Of a stretch of 64,000 nucleotides of DNA, positions 11,849 through 26,358 are shown one piece after another; the first letter of the stretch is position 1; each line of letters begins with the position of its first letter. Below the pieces are notes generated by a model. It was not told the DNA's origin. It ran no database searches and was given only the letters and a program-made list of their open reading frames with translations. A program made the translations under genes and the position numbers. This DNA is from Lingula anatina. Taxonomy: Eukaryota; Animalia; Brachiopoda. The stretch spans positions 32,612,001 through 32,676,000 of the forward strand of contig CM120642.1 in the NCBI GenBank assembly GCA_051362555.1, read 5' to 3'.

Positions 11849-14800
11849 TTAGAGGGACACTCTGTAGTGATGGGCATTAGCACACTTGTACAGGCATTCC
11901 CAGATATTTTAATCCGCTAATTTATTCTTAAATCGCACGCTGGAAAAATGGGAAGGTCACTTGAAGTGTTGTATGACTGCCCAGCGTGATTCCAAGTATT
12001 TCATGTCCGAAGCAAAAAATTATACCGAGAAAGTGCTATTATTTTTTATTATGTTATATATTTATATTATGCGCACTAGAGATACATACATACATAGATA
12101 CATGTACGTTATTCCAAACAAACCGGGCCCTTCAAACAAAACACGAAAAAATAACCGGGCAATTTATAACAAATTAGAACTTACCGACACAGTTTCCAGC
12201 AACTCCACAGGCACATAAATTGGCACTATTACCACCAGCCCAATACGGGATTTTTGTTCCACCTGAATGTACAAGCGATGTTTAAGACATACATTGTAAC
12301 ATGACTTTTAACGAAACAAAAGTGATTGTTTAAAATGGTCTCACTCGTGCACGCCGTTTTTTTATTTGTTTGTTTCTTTGTTTGTTTCAAGGTGAAGTTT
12401 GGCGTCACAATTTGAATAACATTACTATGGTTTCTAGAGATATAACAATGGTGATGAGGTTTCAAACTTAAGACTCCTCCAAATGAAACTATCGTCCTAC
12501 GTAGATTGATCCAACCCCGCAGGGGGTGTTGCTGAAAAAAAAGAGTCCCCATGGAGTTGGACGACAGCTTCATTGGGAATGAGACCTTTGTGTAATGCAC
12601 CTGTGGGAATTTAAAGTTGCGTGGCTGTTTATTCTGTCTATGTGGATGCTAAAATCGTAGGGGGGGGGGGAGTCGTAGGACCCCAAAGGATGTTGGCACA
12701 ATTGCCTATAAAGTCCCATAGGACAACGCCCTACATAAAAATCCTATAGGAAGTTCGATAGAATTTTTTCAGTGTTGCATAGAATCTGTACGAGTTCCGT
12801 TAGGAAAATTGAACAACGGACGCAGACGCATTTATAAAAAAGTGATACACGTTTTAATTGCTTTGGCGACCGTTGAGCGTCTTGACTACATTAGGACGCC
12901 ATCCATTGTAAAGGAACCTTAAGGATATTGAACTAAGACATTACCTCTGTCAGTAACGTAGTTGCAACTTCCAAGACCCGTTGCACCACTGCACCTCCAC
13001 TTGGCATACTGGGAGCACGTGGCAATGGTGTCCACGAAAGGCGTCACCTGGGTAGAAATATCTATACCTAAGTAGTTCATAGTCTGGCTCCAACTCCCAC
13101 AGGTCTCATGGCCCTAGAATAAGGGACACGGTACCTTAAAAAAGTACATTGCAACGCATATGGATGAAAACACTATAATGTTGATAATTACAAATATACA
13201 TGGTAGCTCACAGATTCCTTGATACTATAATTACATTTTACCTTACTGTGCCTGTGATAATGATTACAAATATACCTTACCGAGTCTGTAATAATAATAT
13301 CGTTGTGGTGTTTTTCACATACAAACTCAAGAGTAAATATTGCTATTGCTCCTCACCAGTACCGCCGGAATTTTCCACTTTGAATTAATTTATCATATTA
13401 GCATTTGATATTTGCTTATTAGATAACCTCTTAGAGTATTGTTTTCAATTTAAAATCTGAAATATTTTTAATTACATCATACTCGTATCCAATACTCAGT
13501 TTGAATGCGAACCTGTAATACACGTGGCAGAAACAAATCAAATAAAACTTTGTGACTTTGACATTTTCCTTACACGAAATGGAAAATAATTTGTATACTT
13601 TTGGACTAAGAAGAAAATTAAGCTTGCACTCAATCACCTGCTATGCTTTTACTTTTTAAATTCTACTTGACTTATCACTTGCAGTTTGTGGTGGCTTAAG
13701 ACATTTTAATGTTAAAACATGGCAACAATAATTATAAATATACTTTATTGAGTGCTGATGTATTATAATAATAACAATAGTCTGCAATAATAATTAAAAT
13801 TATAACTTACCAGGTCTGTAATAATAATTACAATTAAACCTTACCAATATCTGACTAGACTCTTGCATATTTTTAGTGTGATGAATTATTGTCTTCCCAG
13901 GTGGCGTGGTAGTCATATCGCACTCTACCAAGAAAGGCCCGACGCCATAGTTGGCTCCGTCGGGGTCGATTTCAAAGTAACCGCTGTACCGAAATCCATG
14001 TTTGTAGTACTCGTAGCACGAACTCATAATGGCTGTAAAACCAAAGCAAAAAGCTCATGACGATATCTTGAAGGGTAGTACATATTTGTGTTGTTCAGTA
14101 ATGCGAACTTCACACTCGCCATTTGTATGGCATGGCAGTAGGGGATTTAAAGGGGTGTCGGGGAGGGGGGGGTCTTCGATCTTTGAAAAATCACACCAAT
14201 GGTACCCTCTTGAAATTAAAATTTTGAATACATGTAGCTAAATAATAGTTCTAAACAGTACCAAATGTTACCCTTCCCTTTTAAAATACCAATTTTTTTC
14301 TGGGCCCCCTCCAAATAATCCTGCATGTATAGAGTTTCTTGTGATCTTAAATAGTACGGTTTAAGTGTCTGACTGAGTGTTTGCTTGCAGGAACACGTGG
14401 TTTCGGTTTCCGCTACAGGACCAACAAACACTTTCGAATCAAAGAAATAGTGGACATTGACATGATATACATGTACATGTACTTACACACACATTTGTGA
14501 GTTATCCACAAATATTTTGGTTGCCCTCCGCAAGGATCACCAAATACTCCATTACTTGAAGGAACTGTACAGCTAGTACGCTGCTGACACAGGTCCTTTA
14601 CGGCTTTAATAGTAGCTCTCTGATCTGCCCTGCAGTCAATGTTCTCCTTCCCAAAGAACGCATCCAGAATGTCTATCCAGGTCCCAGTAGGACAGGACAG
14701 AGAGACGGAGCTGCCCTCATTTATCTGGCTTGTATTGGTGTAACCTTGAAAAACCAAACAGTGATTTTAAAACTGATATGTGTATGCGTAGCTGTGGTGT

Positions 14801-17800
14801 CTTGATGCGAACCAGCATATTATTTTATATACACTCTTGGTCAGATGTTGTCCTGCCTTTTTTCCTATATGTGCTTTATCTACTAATTATAACATGAAAT
14901 ATGTTAACCTTTTGAAAAGTGTTCTTTCTTCCTTATACTGTACCAAGCGTAGCGTATAGAAAATGGAAAGCACTGGATTGTATACCGTTTATTCCGAAAC
15001 ATGCACCCCCTCAATTTGCTACTTTATTCACCCACTATTATTTTACAAAAGTAAAACCCATGAACACTGCCCTGTTGATAAAAAGAACTAGCGACATCCC
15101 TTATCACTGTGGACCAGCACCATACAGGTAACCCCAGTATACATACCACGATGAGCACGGCCACGGTCTGTACGCGGTGTTTTGCTTTTGATGTGTGCGC
15201 GTGTGTGTGCGCGCGTGTGTAGCTACAAATGTACCTGCGTCGTATCCGTAGACCTCAAATTTGCCACTGATATGGCCTCCCCAAGCCTGCACACTGAAGC
15301 GAACGTAGCGGCCGACCGCTGAGGGTTTCAGATAATTGCTACGAACTGTATTGCCCCAGTTCCCGTTGAATACCTGTAATATTCCATGTAATCACCCTTC
15401 ATTAATCAGATAAACTACGTTACAAATTCATTTTGAAAACGGTGCTTAAGAATGTATTTACATGATTAGACTAGAACTGCATTTAGAAGACATTAGGAAC
15501 CTCTGGCTGTTTCGTTTACATTTTAATAAAGTTTTCACATCTGTCTAGGGGAAATACCCGTATCTTTTGAAAATGTGACATTAAGGTATTTTGGTGAGAT
15601 TACCCCCTCATGAGTTCTGTTCAGTCTAAATCTGCACCATATCTACATTGGATATAGCAGCGTGAACAACGTCTGGTAATTACCTTGCATGTCCCATTTG
15701 TCACAGAATAACATTCGAAACCGACCCCGTCCACGGAGATCTGCAACTGGTACTTGGTCACATACTGCGACCCACCGCCTCGAGCCTAAAATGAAATATT
15801 AAGAAAAGCATCGATGTTCAAGATCGAGACCAGTACCAAATTACCTCCAAAGTCATCTGTACCGCCCACTGCCGTTTTGCCGATTGTTTGTTATCTAATA
15901 ATACTACTTATTGAGAATGGTCTTGTCGAGTTATGCCAGCCTTTTTGGAAAAGACGTCTTTTCATAATATCACCCTTATTAGACCATTACTACCTAATTT
16001 ACAGCGAAAATTGGCAATCTTCACTTGAAACAATTGGAAGGCAAATCACGTGAGTGCAATAGAGATGAACTCTAGATCTTCTACTTGATCAATTAAGATT
16101 TCAGAGAGTGACATGAACAAATGTTAAAAAATCATCGACACTGACCTTTACAGAAAGCAAAAAATAAAGTGAAAATGAAATCATAAAATAAGAAAAGCAT
16201 TAATAATACATCCATTGTACATGGGCTACTATACGTGGATAACTCATTATCAAAGCAAAGAGGTGAATCTCTATTCATCTCTGTGATCAAAGTGACAACA
16301 ACGAATCAGTTAAACCCCGACAAATGGGTTCCCTGCTTGAGGAAGTCATCTGGGCTCCGTTTCTCGAAAGGTTTCTCGAAAGGTTCGCACGTGCAAGTGC
16401 GTCTCGATTCCATGGCCCCGTATCTCGAAATAGAATCGGTTATGGAATCGAGACACTAACGCTCGTGCGCAACATAGCGAGCCTTTCGAGATACGGAGCC
16501 CTGGGGCCAATTCCATAAAAGCATTCTAACTTAGCATGATACTAGGCCTTAGAATGATTCTAAATCCCTAGTTGTATACTTGTTAGCAATCAACTAATTT
16601 CTATTCCATAAAAGCAAACTAAGAATCATTCTTACTAGTTGCTTGCCAAGATTTGGCTAGAATGGTGTATTCATAGGAAAACCACAAAACCACAGGGTTA
16701 ATTACGCCAAACAAAAGGCAGTGACAGTGAAAGTTGAGCTGATTGCAGGCTGAGGGAAGTACTGGTCAAGGCATTACCATGTATTCTATAAAAGCCCTAT
16801 ACAGAAAGGGGTCAAAATGGCAACTTCAGGGAAGAGACAACGAAAGCCCAATTATTCAACACAAGAAAATCTCTTTATAGCAGAATGCTATGAAGAATTT
16901 AAGAGCTTCTCCTGGCCATCGTGCCACAATATTTGTGAATTTCCCCTTGTGGTCACAGATAACTTGCACATTGATTGAATGATATCCTTTTCTGTTCACA
17001 TATTCAGCTTCGTAACAGTCAGGGGTGTTAATCCAAATGTGAGTACCATCAACGCAACCTATCACACCTGGAAAGTGTATGTTTCTCATCCTATAGAACC
17101 CATCTTTGATGTTGGCCATATTTTGTGCATTTGGAAAATCCACATAATCCCCAATCCTTGATGCAAGAGCATTTGATACATGATGAATTGCACGCCAAGC
17201 GGTTTGCTGGGACACTTGCAAAGGGTCCCCAACAACATATTGGAATGTGCCTGTTGCATAGTATTGCAGGGCTATCATTACCTGCTGGCATGTTAATAAG
17301 GCATGATTTCTCCTGGTTGGATGAGTAATGTCATTTTTGACAATGTCAGTTATCAGCAAAATGCCTTCTCTGGAAAATCGCATTGCTCTGCGGAGTTCCA
17401 CTATTTCTAAAATTCTCCTGGCCATCCTTACACCTCGGAGGTGTGGGTAGAAATGAATTAGAATGATACTAGTGATTTAGAAGAGACCCAGACCTACTCT
17501 AACTTTAGCATGAAACTTAGAACTATACTAGGCTTAGAATGGTTTTATGGAATAGAGTTAGTAGGTAACTAGAGGTAGAATGAAGTTTAGCAACCAACTA
17601 GGGCTTAGAATGGTTTTATGGAATTGGCCCCTGGTTTACAAAATGATCCACATACACCTGTGTGTAGGGTACCATAACATACCTGCGTGGCCACCCTGGT
17701 TATAATCATCTTCCTTTGCAGATCTATTTGGAACCATTCATTGACGACGTTGGTCGCCGCACACCAGGCACCGCTCTTTGACATGGAGCCCCCGAGAATG

Positions 17801-20800
17801 GAGCAACTTCCATGGTACGATGACGCCGAGAATGCCGAGTCCGGTAAAAATGAACTGTAAGGTCGCTCACGTCCTGTTGAAAACAGAATCCGTATCACAC
17901 TGTTGTTGCACTATCGACGGAAATTGAACGTTCAAGACATGTACATAAATTGTGCTATTTCAGAATTGATTCATATGCACTTGTGTACCCGAGGAGAGTC
18001 GTGTTCGATTTTATAACTTAAACTGAGCATTTTAAGTGCCGGATGCTTTCAGAAATGATCAATACTAACTGTAATTGGGAAAGTCATCAGAAAAACGCGG
18101 AATTGAAGTCAAATCCGCAAATCTTTTTGGGATAAACAGATAATGTAAATCTTGTATTCAAATCGTATTGATGACTCATATTCAAATACCTTACCTTCGA
18201 CCCAGGACGAGCAAACCAGTGGTCCCAGCGTCTCATGACCGAATTCAGTAGAGTCATCGATGTCAGCAATCCTGGTCTGCACAATAGGAAGAAACACCTT
18301 TTCCTGGATGTAGCCTGCGTCATATCTCCACACAGCATCATTCTTATCACAGATGCACTGTTCTGTAAAATGACATCATCGACGGAGGAAAATGAAATTA
18401 CCTGCACAAACAGTTTGCAGAACGTATAATATGGATGATTTAATAAAATATCACCAATCTGTGAACATAGTAACTTGGACGGTCGAAAGGTTGGTTATGT
18501 TAAATCCGAATCCCTTCTTCGACATATACGATTGTGTCTACATGCGCAAATATGATCATATCTATAATGCACAAACGTTACAATATCTATGCCATTTATA
18601 ATAGGATAATTAGCACACAGCATATCCCTATATATCCCGAGTCTTGCAAGTATTGTTTGAAAACAGGCTGTTTAAACCTGTTATTAATCTCTAGAAAACA
18701 GGAGCAGCAGGCAATTTGTCCCAACGACGTAACAGGTGCTATAACCCCAAAACACCACAGGTACACTCAATTATATTGGAAACATGTTTTACTTATTATC
18801 AGAACTTACTTGTGGCTGAAACACAAGCAGAGTATTTTCCACAAAGGCACGTTGCATTCGGTGAACCACCCGCGAAGTAATGTCCCCAGTAATTGTATTG
18901 GCCGTAACGGTCACTCTGGGACGTCTCCGTCCCCATGCCTGGAAAGATACATTGTACATACATATTTCTGTAAAGATACATTGTTCACATACATAATTCT
19001 GTAAAGATACATTTTATACATACGTATTACTGAAAAGATAAATTGTATACATACATGTTACTGTAACATTGTATACGTACACATTTCTGTAAAGATACAT
19101 TGTGTACATACATAAAAATGTAAAGATACATTGTACATACAGATTATATTCCCATTTGGACTTTTGGTGGTTTTCTTTGTTCTTATAACTATTCAGTGTT
19201 TCCCAAGTCCATCTGTTTTCTACCCATCAAAGTGTACTATACAATATCGTTTTCTATAGTCACGTGTAATAATGGATGCTGACGGTCAAATTTTTATTGA
19301 AATAGTTGGAAGCCGGATTTATGTCTATCTCATTTTTTTCTGAACGGTATTGCAAATTTTGATCTTCTGTATCTTCTGACGAATTTTGGTAAAATGTTAA
19401 AATTACTAAAATGTTTACAGGGCATTATTTTTTTTCTAAAAAGATCTAACACGAATTATCTAGGCTCAATACTGGCACGCAGAAGCGACATGTCAGCGCC
19501 GTTCAGTAAATCAGGCTAACTTACTTCTCATTTTCCAACATTCTATCTTTCTGTACTGATGACAATGGTCAAGAGTATCCACCATGCCTGTTATCTGCTC
19601 TAGAGTACCAGGTGAGTAGGTCAGATTTCGGTAAAGGTACCCCGGATGATCTGGTCCAAGTTGACCACTTTGTCCCTCTATGTCATGGTGGACAATGGTC
19701 AGGGGAGGGTCAAAGGCCATGTTGCACTCCACTTCAAAAGGATCAAGTGGTCCCACACCGTCAAAATCAATAGCATATATACCACTTGGGTGTCCGTTGT
19801 TCTTTAGGGTATCGCAATCTTCAAATAAAAGCATATTTAAGTTCAGTACACCGGCGAAACCTTGCATGCAGGCATTAAGAAATATTACATCATGATAACT
19901 ACCCCTACCTACACACATGAATAATGTCATTTGGTGCTGTCGCACTCTAGCGTGCACATGTAGCACTGCCGTATAAGGAAAATTTGCTCGCACGCAGACA
20001 AACGCAAATGGTAAGATAAGCTTAAGTCTTTACGTTTCTGGCGAGCATACGGCTGCTGGTGTACGTTCAAATTTGCAGAGGGGGATAAAATACGAGCACG
20101 TTTCTGCGTACACTAGCGTATGTATTAAACGTAACCAAAACGCTAGAGAAAGGCTAGGCACAACGAAAACACCAGATGGACGCTGACGTCACGGTACCAG
20201 TACAATATGTTGCCAATACGGTGATGGGTATATGTAACGTAAGAATAACGTTATATTATCGAATGTGTGACGCATTGAGCATATCTCTAACGATCTGGTC
20301 ACGTATACCTGGTGTATATGTTAACTTGCGTATTTACAGGGTAAGCATAAGATGTACAGGTACGTATTAACGCATGATTAACGTAAAACGTATCATATGC
20401 GTTTTGTCCGCTAGTGTATGAATGCAGTGGTAGCTGTATGTGTAATGGCTAGGGTATGATCTTCATAACAACTGTTCCAGATAGATAGGACGGAGGTAGA
20501 GGTAGATGATACGCTCACAAACGAACGGTATACATACAGTATTCATAATCACACAAATGCTATACTAAGAAGTCCAAAAATCTTTTTTCTTCTTTGTGGG
20601 CATATGATCCTTATTGCTCACCTTGGGTGTTATATCGGATATGTTTTTAGTTTGCGAACGTGCGAAGATAAAAGATTGAGCATTTTTACCCTAGAAAGAA
20701 ATGCTGATTTCGTATGCACATGTGCGTACTTTCAGGGAAATACATCGTTTAGATATAATTCCCTGGTACATGTACAATCGATTTCACGTACGCTTCTCAT

Positions 20801-22650
20801 ACATTCATCTAAACGCTAGATTGTACAAAAGCGTCTTAATAGGCGGAAATTAAGCAAAACACTACCCTCGGTATCCGCCCAGGAGATAGATTAAATGTGG
20901 GCAGGTGTGTAAATGTCAATATTGATAACCCCCAACAAACATCACATAAAAAGCAAATGCTTGTAGAATGCATTACAGCGCAAACCCAAACTTGCAAGTA
21001 ATCTTGATAATGTGTGATTATTTTAAGTCGATCAATTAATCTTTGTTTATAAAACCCTTTCACTCAACAGTCGCCATTTTGAAACAATAAGTAATGCTGA
21101 CATCCATTTATAGGAAAAACATTAATGGATGCCAATATTGTATCCATACATGTAGTGTGTAAAGAGGGTTCGATTGCCGCAGTGACCTAGGGTTGACTCT
21201 AAAACGGGACAGATTGTTTGTCTTGTCTTGATTTTAGTCAGGGCATTTATCAAAACAATATTTCGAGAGCGCATAGCTTTGCTAGAAAGCGCATATATTT
21301 GCTAGTGAAATTGAATGGAATGAAACGTGATTACACAAATTTGACATGAATAGAACAAAACAGAAAAACGTTCGAGTCTCAGCTTCTGAAATGAGCTGTC
21401 AAACATTCTAGACAAACAAAACGTTAGGCAGATTGCAACACAGAGAGACACACAAGGACAATTACATGTACCTCAATAAACTTTCAAAAGCAAAATAAGT
21501 TAGAATGTATTCCATTTCCAACAGATATTATGAATGGTAATCTTTCAACTGGAATAAACATGATGTAAGATGCATTACCTTTCTTTACCAAAGAGTACAC
21601 AACTGATGCCTCGTTCACCCCATATGGTCGAACATTTGATGCTGTCAACCTTATTGTATAAAACACGTCATCAGAGAGGTTGTGGAGCTGAGACGTCACA
21701 TTTGCGAGCTGTCCAGGATCAGGTGCCGTCAGCACAGTGACGTAAGCACTATCAGCTGAACCATAAGGTTTCACGTCAACCCTGAAGCTTTGTTCTATCC
21801 CGCCGTTAAAACCCGCTGTCCAGTTCATTTCCAAGGTATTGGGCTGGGTTGCTTGAACAGATAGTATTTCTGGCGGCTGCGGTGGCCCTGGAAGAACAAT
21901 TTTTCTGACATTTAAACAGAATGAAAATGTTGAGCATGATTTTTGAACTGACATTGACCAAGGGAAGACACAGAAAACAAATGTATCGGGCTAGATTCAT
22001 GTCGCCCACGAAAATAAACAAGAAAAACTTTAAAAGTAAATGTGAATCGCGTCCAACAAAAATGAGGTAAAAAGAAACCTTTATTATTATATAATGTTTT
22101 TCATTTTAATCCATACATTAAGCCCTGTCAGCAATATAATTCAATATCCTTTTTTTGCCTTTAGTTACTTCATAGTGGCCATAACGCGATAACACAGGGT
22201 GATACAGTTACCGATATTATACATATTATATATTTTATATGTATTTTAGCTAAATGAACCTTTAACTTATCTTATATCTGAAGAGTTTTACCATATGAAT
22301 TTACCTAGACCAGGGTCCATATACTCCCAACCGTTGTCATCCACAGTCACAACGGCTCCAGCACCGTCGTATGTTGTCTTGTCATTTATTTCACAAGACC
22401 CACTCGACTCATGGTAGTTGACTGACATGCAGCTCGCCGGCCCAAGGTGAAGACACATCACAGTGCATTCAGACCTACGCCGTACGTTATGAGACGCGGG
22501 CCGTGGACCCCGAAATGTTCCATTTGTAAGTCTTGAGTTGATTTGGACTTTAAACTCGTTCAGTCGATACGACCCTTCGGTAATCGTAATGGTTCCAAGA
22601 TACAGACTTGATAATAAGAAAAACAGCTGCAAATGGCATCCCATAGTCAT
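9648..22650 (-). CDS. Mosaic secreted lectin-like protein, copy 1 (SP-PAN-FN3-CASPR fibrinogen-like-F5/8C-SUEL-fibrinogen-like x2), 16 exons, ~1047 aa
   Basis: Exons high to low: 22650-22305 SP+PAN; 21887-21579 FN3; 19818-19525, 18938-18810, 18362-18195 fib-like 1; 17873-17683, 15785-15684, 15373-15235 F5/8C; 14744-14487 SUEL (FGDPCGGQPKYL); 14032-13845, 13113-12945, 12262-12185, 11664-11497 fib-like 2; 11074-10859, 10263-10033, 9805-9648 fib-like 3, ending GPLVCLG*. All GT-AG, phases compatible, sum 3144 nt. Confidence 0.85.
10308..10591. mobile_element. Two tandem Harbinger-type MITEs (10308-10454 and 10458-10591)
   Basis: Each has inverted termini of the type GGCTCCGTAACTCGAAAGCATCGCG...CGCGATGCTTTCGAGTTACGGAGCC. 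They are bounded by CTG (10305-7), CAG (10455-7) and CTG (10592-4), i.e. CWG targets. Confidence 0.75.
16353..16500. mobile_element. Harbinger-type MITE related to 10308-10591
   Basis: TIR GGCTCCGTTTCTCGAAAGG / CCTTTCGAGATACGGAGCC, flanked by CTG at 16350-2 and 16501-3. Shares the internal motif GCGTCTCGATTCCAT with the 10.3-kb MITE. Confidence 0.75.
16817..16908 (+). pseudogene. 5' fragment of the Harbinger Myb/SANT-like DNA-binding ORF
   Basis: Reads MATSGKRQRKPNYSTQENLFIAECYEEFK, resembling the KRKxNFSxxE start of NAIF1/MSANTD-type proteins. It is convergent with the transposase and breaks at the same junction. Confidence 0.6.
16856..17425 (-). pseudogene. Harbinger (HARBI1-like) DDE transposase, C-terminally truncated
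   Basis: Motifs ALQYYATG, FPGVIGCVDGTHI, YVNRKGYHSINVQVICD and IVARWPG. Homology stops just before the expected STHD catalytic motif. Confidence 0.9.
18942..19140. repeat. ~30-bp minisatellite, about 7 imperfect units, abutting a splice acceptor of copy 1
   Basis: Repeated unit close to CTGTAAAGATACATTGTATACATACATATTT. Confidence 0.85.
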
Positions 22651-24226
22651 CAGCGGTGGATGCTCAAAACTTTGTTTTTGTCTGTCTATTATCTTCAGCG
22701 TCAGGATTTTTTCCAAGACCGTTTCCCTGTGTGAAAGAGTTAAATAACTCTTTCTATACCGAAACAAATATAGAGAGAATAAATCTTTCCTGATGAAGGT
22801 GGCTATGATTCTTTGACCAAAGCAATGGGACCAATGCCGGCAATTTTGTGAAAAAGATCGATTTTCATCTATAGCAACTCTGTGTTGTGTCCATTTCAGA
22901 TTAAACGGAGGCAAAAAAGATATTGACCTGTTACTGTTTACAGGGAAATTAAGCCGCATTTAACATTGGAAGCATTCCATGTGTGCCTGCTGTGCGTTTT
23001 CACACATTTGATACTTTATAGAAATGTAAGCTCTGATGGTATTGACGCATAATGCTCTCTCTTTTAAAATAAAACCAGTGTTTTATTATAACGGACTGAG
23101 TAGAAAGAAACAGAATTGAGAGCTTCCTGTGGCGCATAAAGTTTGGTCGTAATGGTAAATACACTTAAACTCTCATTCACGGCAAATGTATTTATTAACA
23201 TAACTATAAACAGGAAACAAAATGTATTGGTAACAAAAATCAATCCAAAGAGCATCCTTTTGATATATACTTTACAAATCTTGCTCTGCAGTATTAAACT
23301 GGCAAAACTACGTCAAGCATAAAGCGTATTTACAGTATGTGTCAAGAAAATAGCGAGATTTCTTAAATGGTAAAAACAGTGTGACACTTTTACAATTTGA
23401 TGTTTGAAAATTAAATCTGGGCATCAAATTGCCCTGTTGTCTTTTTAAACATTGCAAATATCAATTTATGAGCCAAACATCTGGTAGAAAAATGTAAAAA
23501 GGTCACTGAGCACAAATTAAAACAATGGCGGCTAACCCGTCTAAGATAAACAGGCATCTGCACGCTTTTGAAAATGTCTCACAAATTCACTCCTGTGCTT
23601 ATTTTCTAGTGCTTCTTATATTTCCCATTCAGACCTTATAAAGACAATAAAACTCCTTCAATAAATGTTAAGCTGCGTAACTAATGTAGTAATTTTTTTT
23701 TGCATTATATTAGGTCACGTACATTACAAAATACCGTGCCATTTTTAGTGTTATGAAGTGAAACCGAGGCCATGTTTATTGTTTTGACGTTAAAATGTCA
23801 GCACGGCAGATGTTGGCATTAATGACTGGACAGTCACTTGGAAATATCACATTTAAAATGAAATTAAGAATCGAAATCAACTACAGGGGTAATCAATCAA
23901 TGAATAGGTCAATGTTCTTCCCGAGGATACAGTATGTCATTTCCGAGGGGGAAATTGCATAAATATTTTCTTAAATCTAGTTCAATTTCCTTATGAACGC
24001 TTTCCTTATTGGACATGACAGAGTAAGTACATGTAAATATATACAGGTAGTTTCCGCAGTTAATCTATGATCACGGAAATAGTCGACCAGTAATTCAGTG
24101 GGATATTTTAATATTCAGAATGGTACAATGTACATGTTTACCCAACTCAAGTAAAACACCATATCATTTTTACACAATATTAGATAAAATAAAGGAGTCA
24201 GTTTTTTTACCATGACGATCATAATT

Positions 24227-26358
24227 CTGTCATTCTTTGCTAGTGGTTACAAAATGTTGAATTTGACCGAAAATTTCAAACTTTCTCTGGGAAGCTGTAA
24301 TTTTGCGATGTGATAGCTACACCATCACAGTTTATCATTTCATAAAAAGGGAAACAGCAGCTGCCCTTTTTAGGGCACACAGGAGAGTTGAACAGCTATA
24401 CCACCAAATCCAAGACGCGTTACCCTGGGCAATATATTTTGCACAAACTAATGAAAGTCTAATGGAATGTTTTCAGTTTTATTTTAAATCATAAGGGGGT
24501 GTTGTCTCAATGCTTCAAAACTGGGTTTGAAGAATTTAATCCACATTTCATAATTAATAAAAATGGTGAATATGGGGTTCACGGTTACGTTATTAACGCG
24601 GGTACAAAAACTTTTTATAATCATGTAAATAATAACAATATTTTTGCTATTATCCATACACACTTCAATCATGAGGGGCACACCACTTTCACATGCTTTT
24701 AAAATGGAATTGACAAACACAGAGGAATAATGCACATATTTTATTTACTGTAACTCTTTCACATGGGACACACACTGAACAAAGTTGATCTAAAGAATGT
24801 TCCAGATTGTAGTTTTTTATCTGAATTATTATTTTTTATTATTATTTTAACACAATAACGTTCAGTTAAATACAAAATTTAACAAAATGAAGTTCAGTGT
24901 AACACAAAGTTCATAATTATAACATTCTTCCTGACATATGTGGACCAATGGTGATATCTGTTCTGTGCTCACTAAGGCATCCACTCTTGGGATTCTGAAA
25001 AAAAATCACACAAAGAATCTGTTAACTCTGATAACGAACAATGGATAACTTAAGGTCACAAATAGTTTATTGCTTATTCAAACAAAGTACAGTGCATTAT
25101 GAGTGGCAAACAGGCATATTACTGAGACACATTTTCTTCACCCATTTTCGGTGCTTCATTGCGTAACGTAAGTGTTGCTAGTAATCCATTATTGCTGTTT
25201 TTACAGACGGTTAAATTTTAAACGCACGGAATACAGTGTAGCAGCTTAATTTAAGACAAAACTAAAAAAAAAGTAATTCAATTTCGATGATTGAGTTTTC
25301 GAGAACAAGAGAACATGAATACGGTATCACCGCGTCACCATGTTCAATGTGACCTTTAGTCCCCCATGTGACACAGACGCAAAACGAAAGTTCAGACGAA
25401 GTCACCCTACTTATAGAATGGTAAAAATCAATCGGTACACAAATATGTTGAAACAATTGAAGAAAAATGAAACGAAACTCATTATTTCTCACCTTCATAC
25501 AAAGAAGATCCCAATAAACAATCCTGTGACGGTTAAATCGAGGGAATTACACCTGTGCCCTGCATCCTATCTCGACAGCGTCATTGCGTAACATGTTATC
25601 AGAATGGGCCACCCGCCAGTTTGAGCTGGTTTTTTTAGTGTGCAAAAGAAGCCATTCGTGTGTAAGACGTCATTAGTTAGTGAGTATGGAAGAAGATCGC
25701 TATCGATGTATAATTTTCACGCGGCACTTTAAAGTCGTCTGATAAGAATCGATCTCTGAAGTTTCAGCGTTGCGAACGTTATATTGGGACGCGGTGAAGA
25801 AAAATCGACCTTGCTGAGCAATAAATGTGAAATTCTTAAGAAAACTGATATTATCATGGATTACGTGACACAAACTAACCGACATACTACTTTGGACGAT
25901 TGAACAGTTTTAATACGGAAAGATAGGATTAGATGAAATTTTCATCGGGGTGGGACACCGCATGTATCGTAAGTTAAGCTAATTTTGTGATCATTTTTCA
26001 GTGACTTCAAATAAATTTTTATTTAAATAACAATTTGCACATTCTGTTTATTATATCTTCTGGCAGTAGATGTATTTCCTGCTTCAATAATCCATTCAAA
26101 CCCTAAACAAACTGTTCTTAAATAGAGGTAGGGTCAAAATTCCACAAAAAAGGACGCCATTTGAGGGTTATTTCGATATATTTTCTGCTTTTTCTATTTT
26201 TTTGCTTTTATAACAACATCCTCCTTGCTCATGCAGCTTCTTTGATTTGTTATTGAAACATACACAACGATGTCATGAGAATTTGGTTGGCTATCTAAAT
26301 TTAAATAACATTCTTGTTATGGCCCCCCCTGCAGTGCACCACTAGCAAAGAATGACTG
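24227..26358. mobile_element. ~2.1-kb non-autonomous TIR element in the 3' flank of copy 2 (superfamily uncertain)
   Basis: TIR C(T/A)GTCATTCTTTGCTAGTGG at both ends, flanked by AATT (24223-6, 26359-62); a TA duplication with longer TIRs is an alternative reading. Absent at the homologous position after copy 3's stop (~39634-39650). Confidence 0.75.

Larger units (their letters stand above)
16504..17630. mobile_element. Internally deleted PIF/Harbinger DNA transposon in an intron of copy 1
   Basis: TIR GGGCCAATTCCATAAAA(G/C)CATTCTAA (26 bp, 1 mismatch) and CTG target duplication (16501-3, 17631-3). Contains a truncated transposase and the start of a convergent Myb/SANT-like ORF. Confidence 0.93.

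Noticed and set aside
12532-12773. Possible decayed CACTG-type element; similar weak TE-like relics at ~19900-20456 and ~36085-36260
   Set aside because: Termini are too degenerate to define TIRs or a TSD by eye.
18942-19140. CRISPR-like array (~30-bp periodicity)
   Set aside because: Units are head-to-tail with no unique spacers, the context is a eukaryotic intron, and there are no cas genes.
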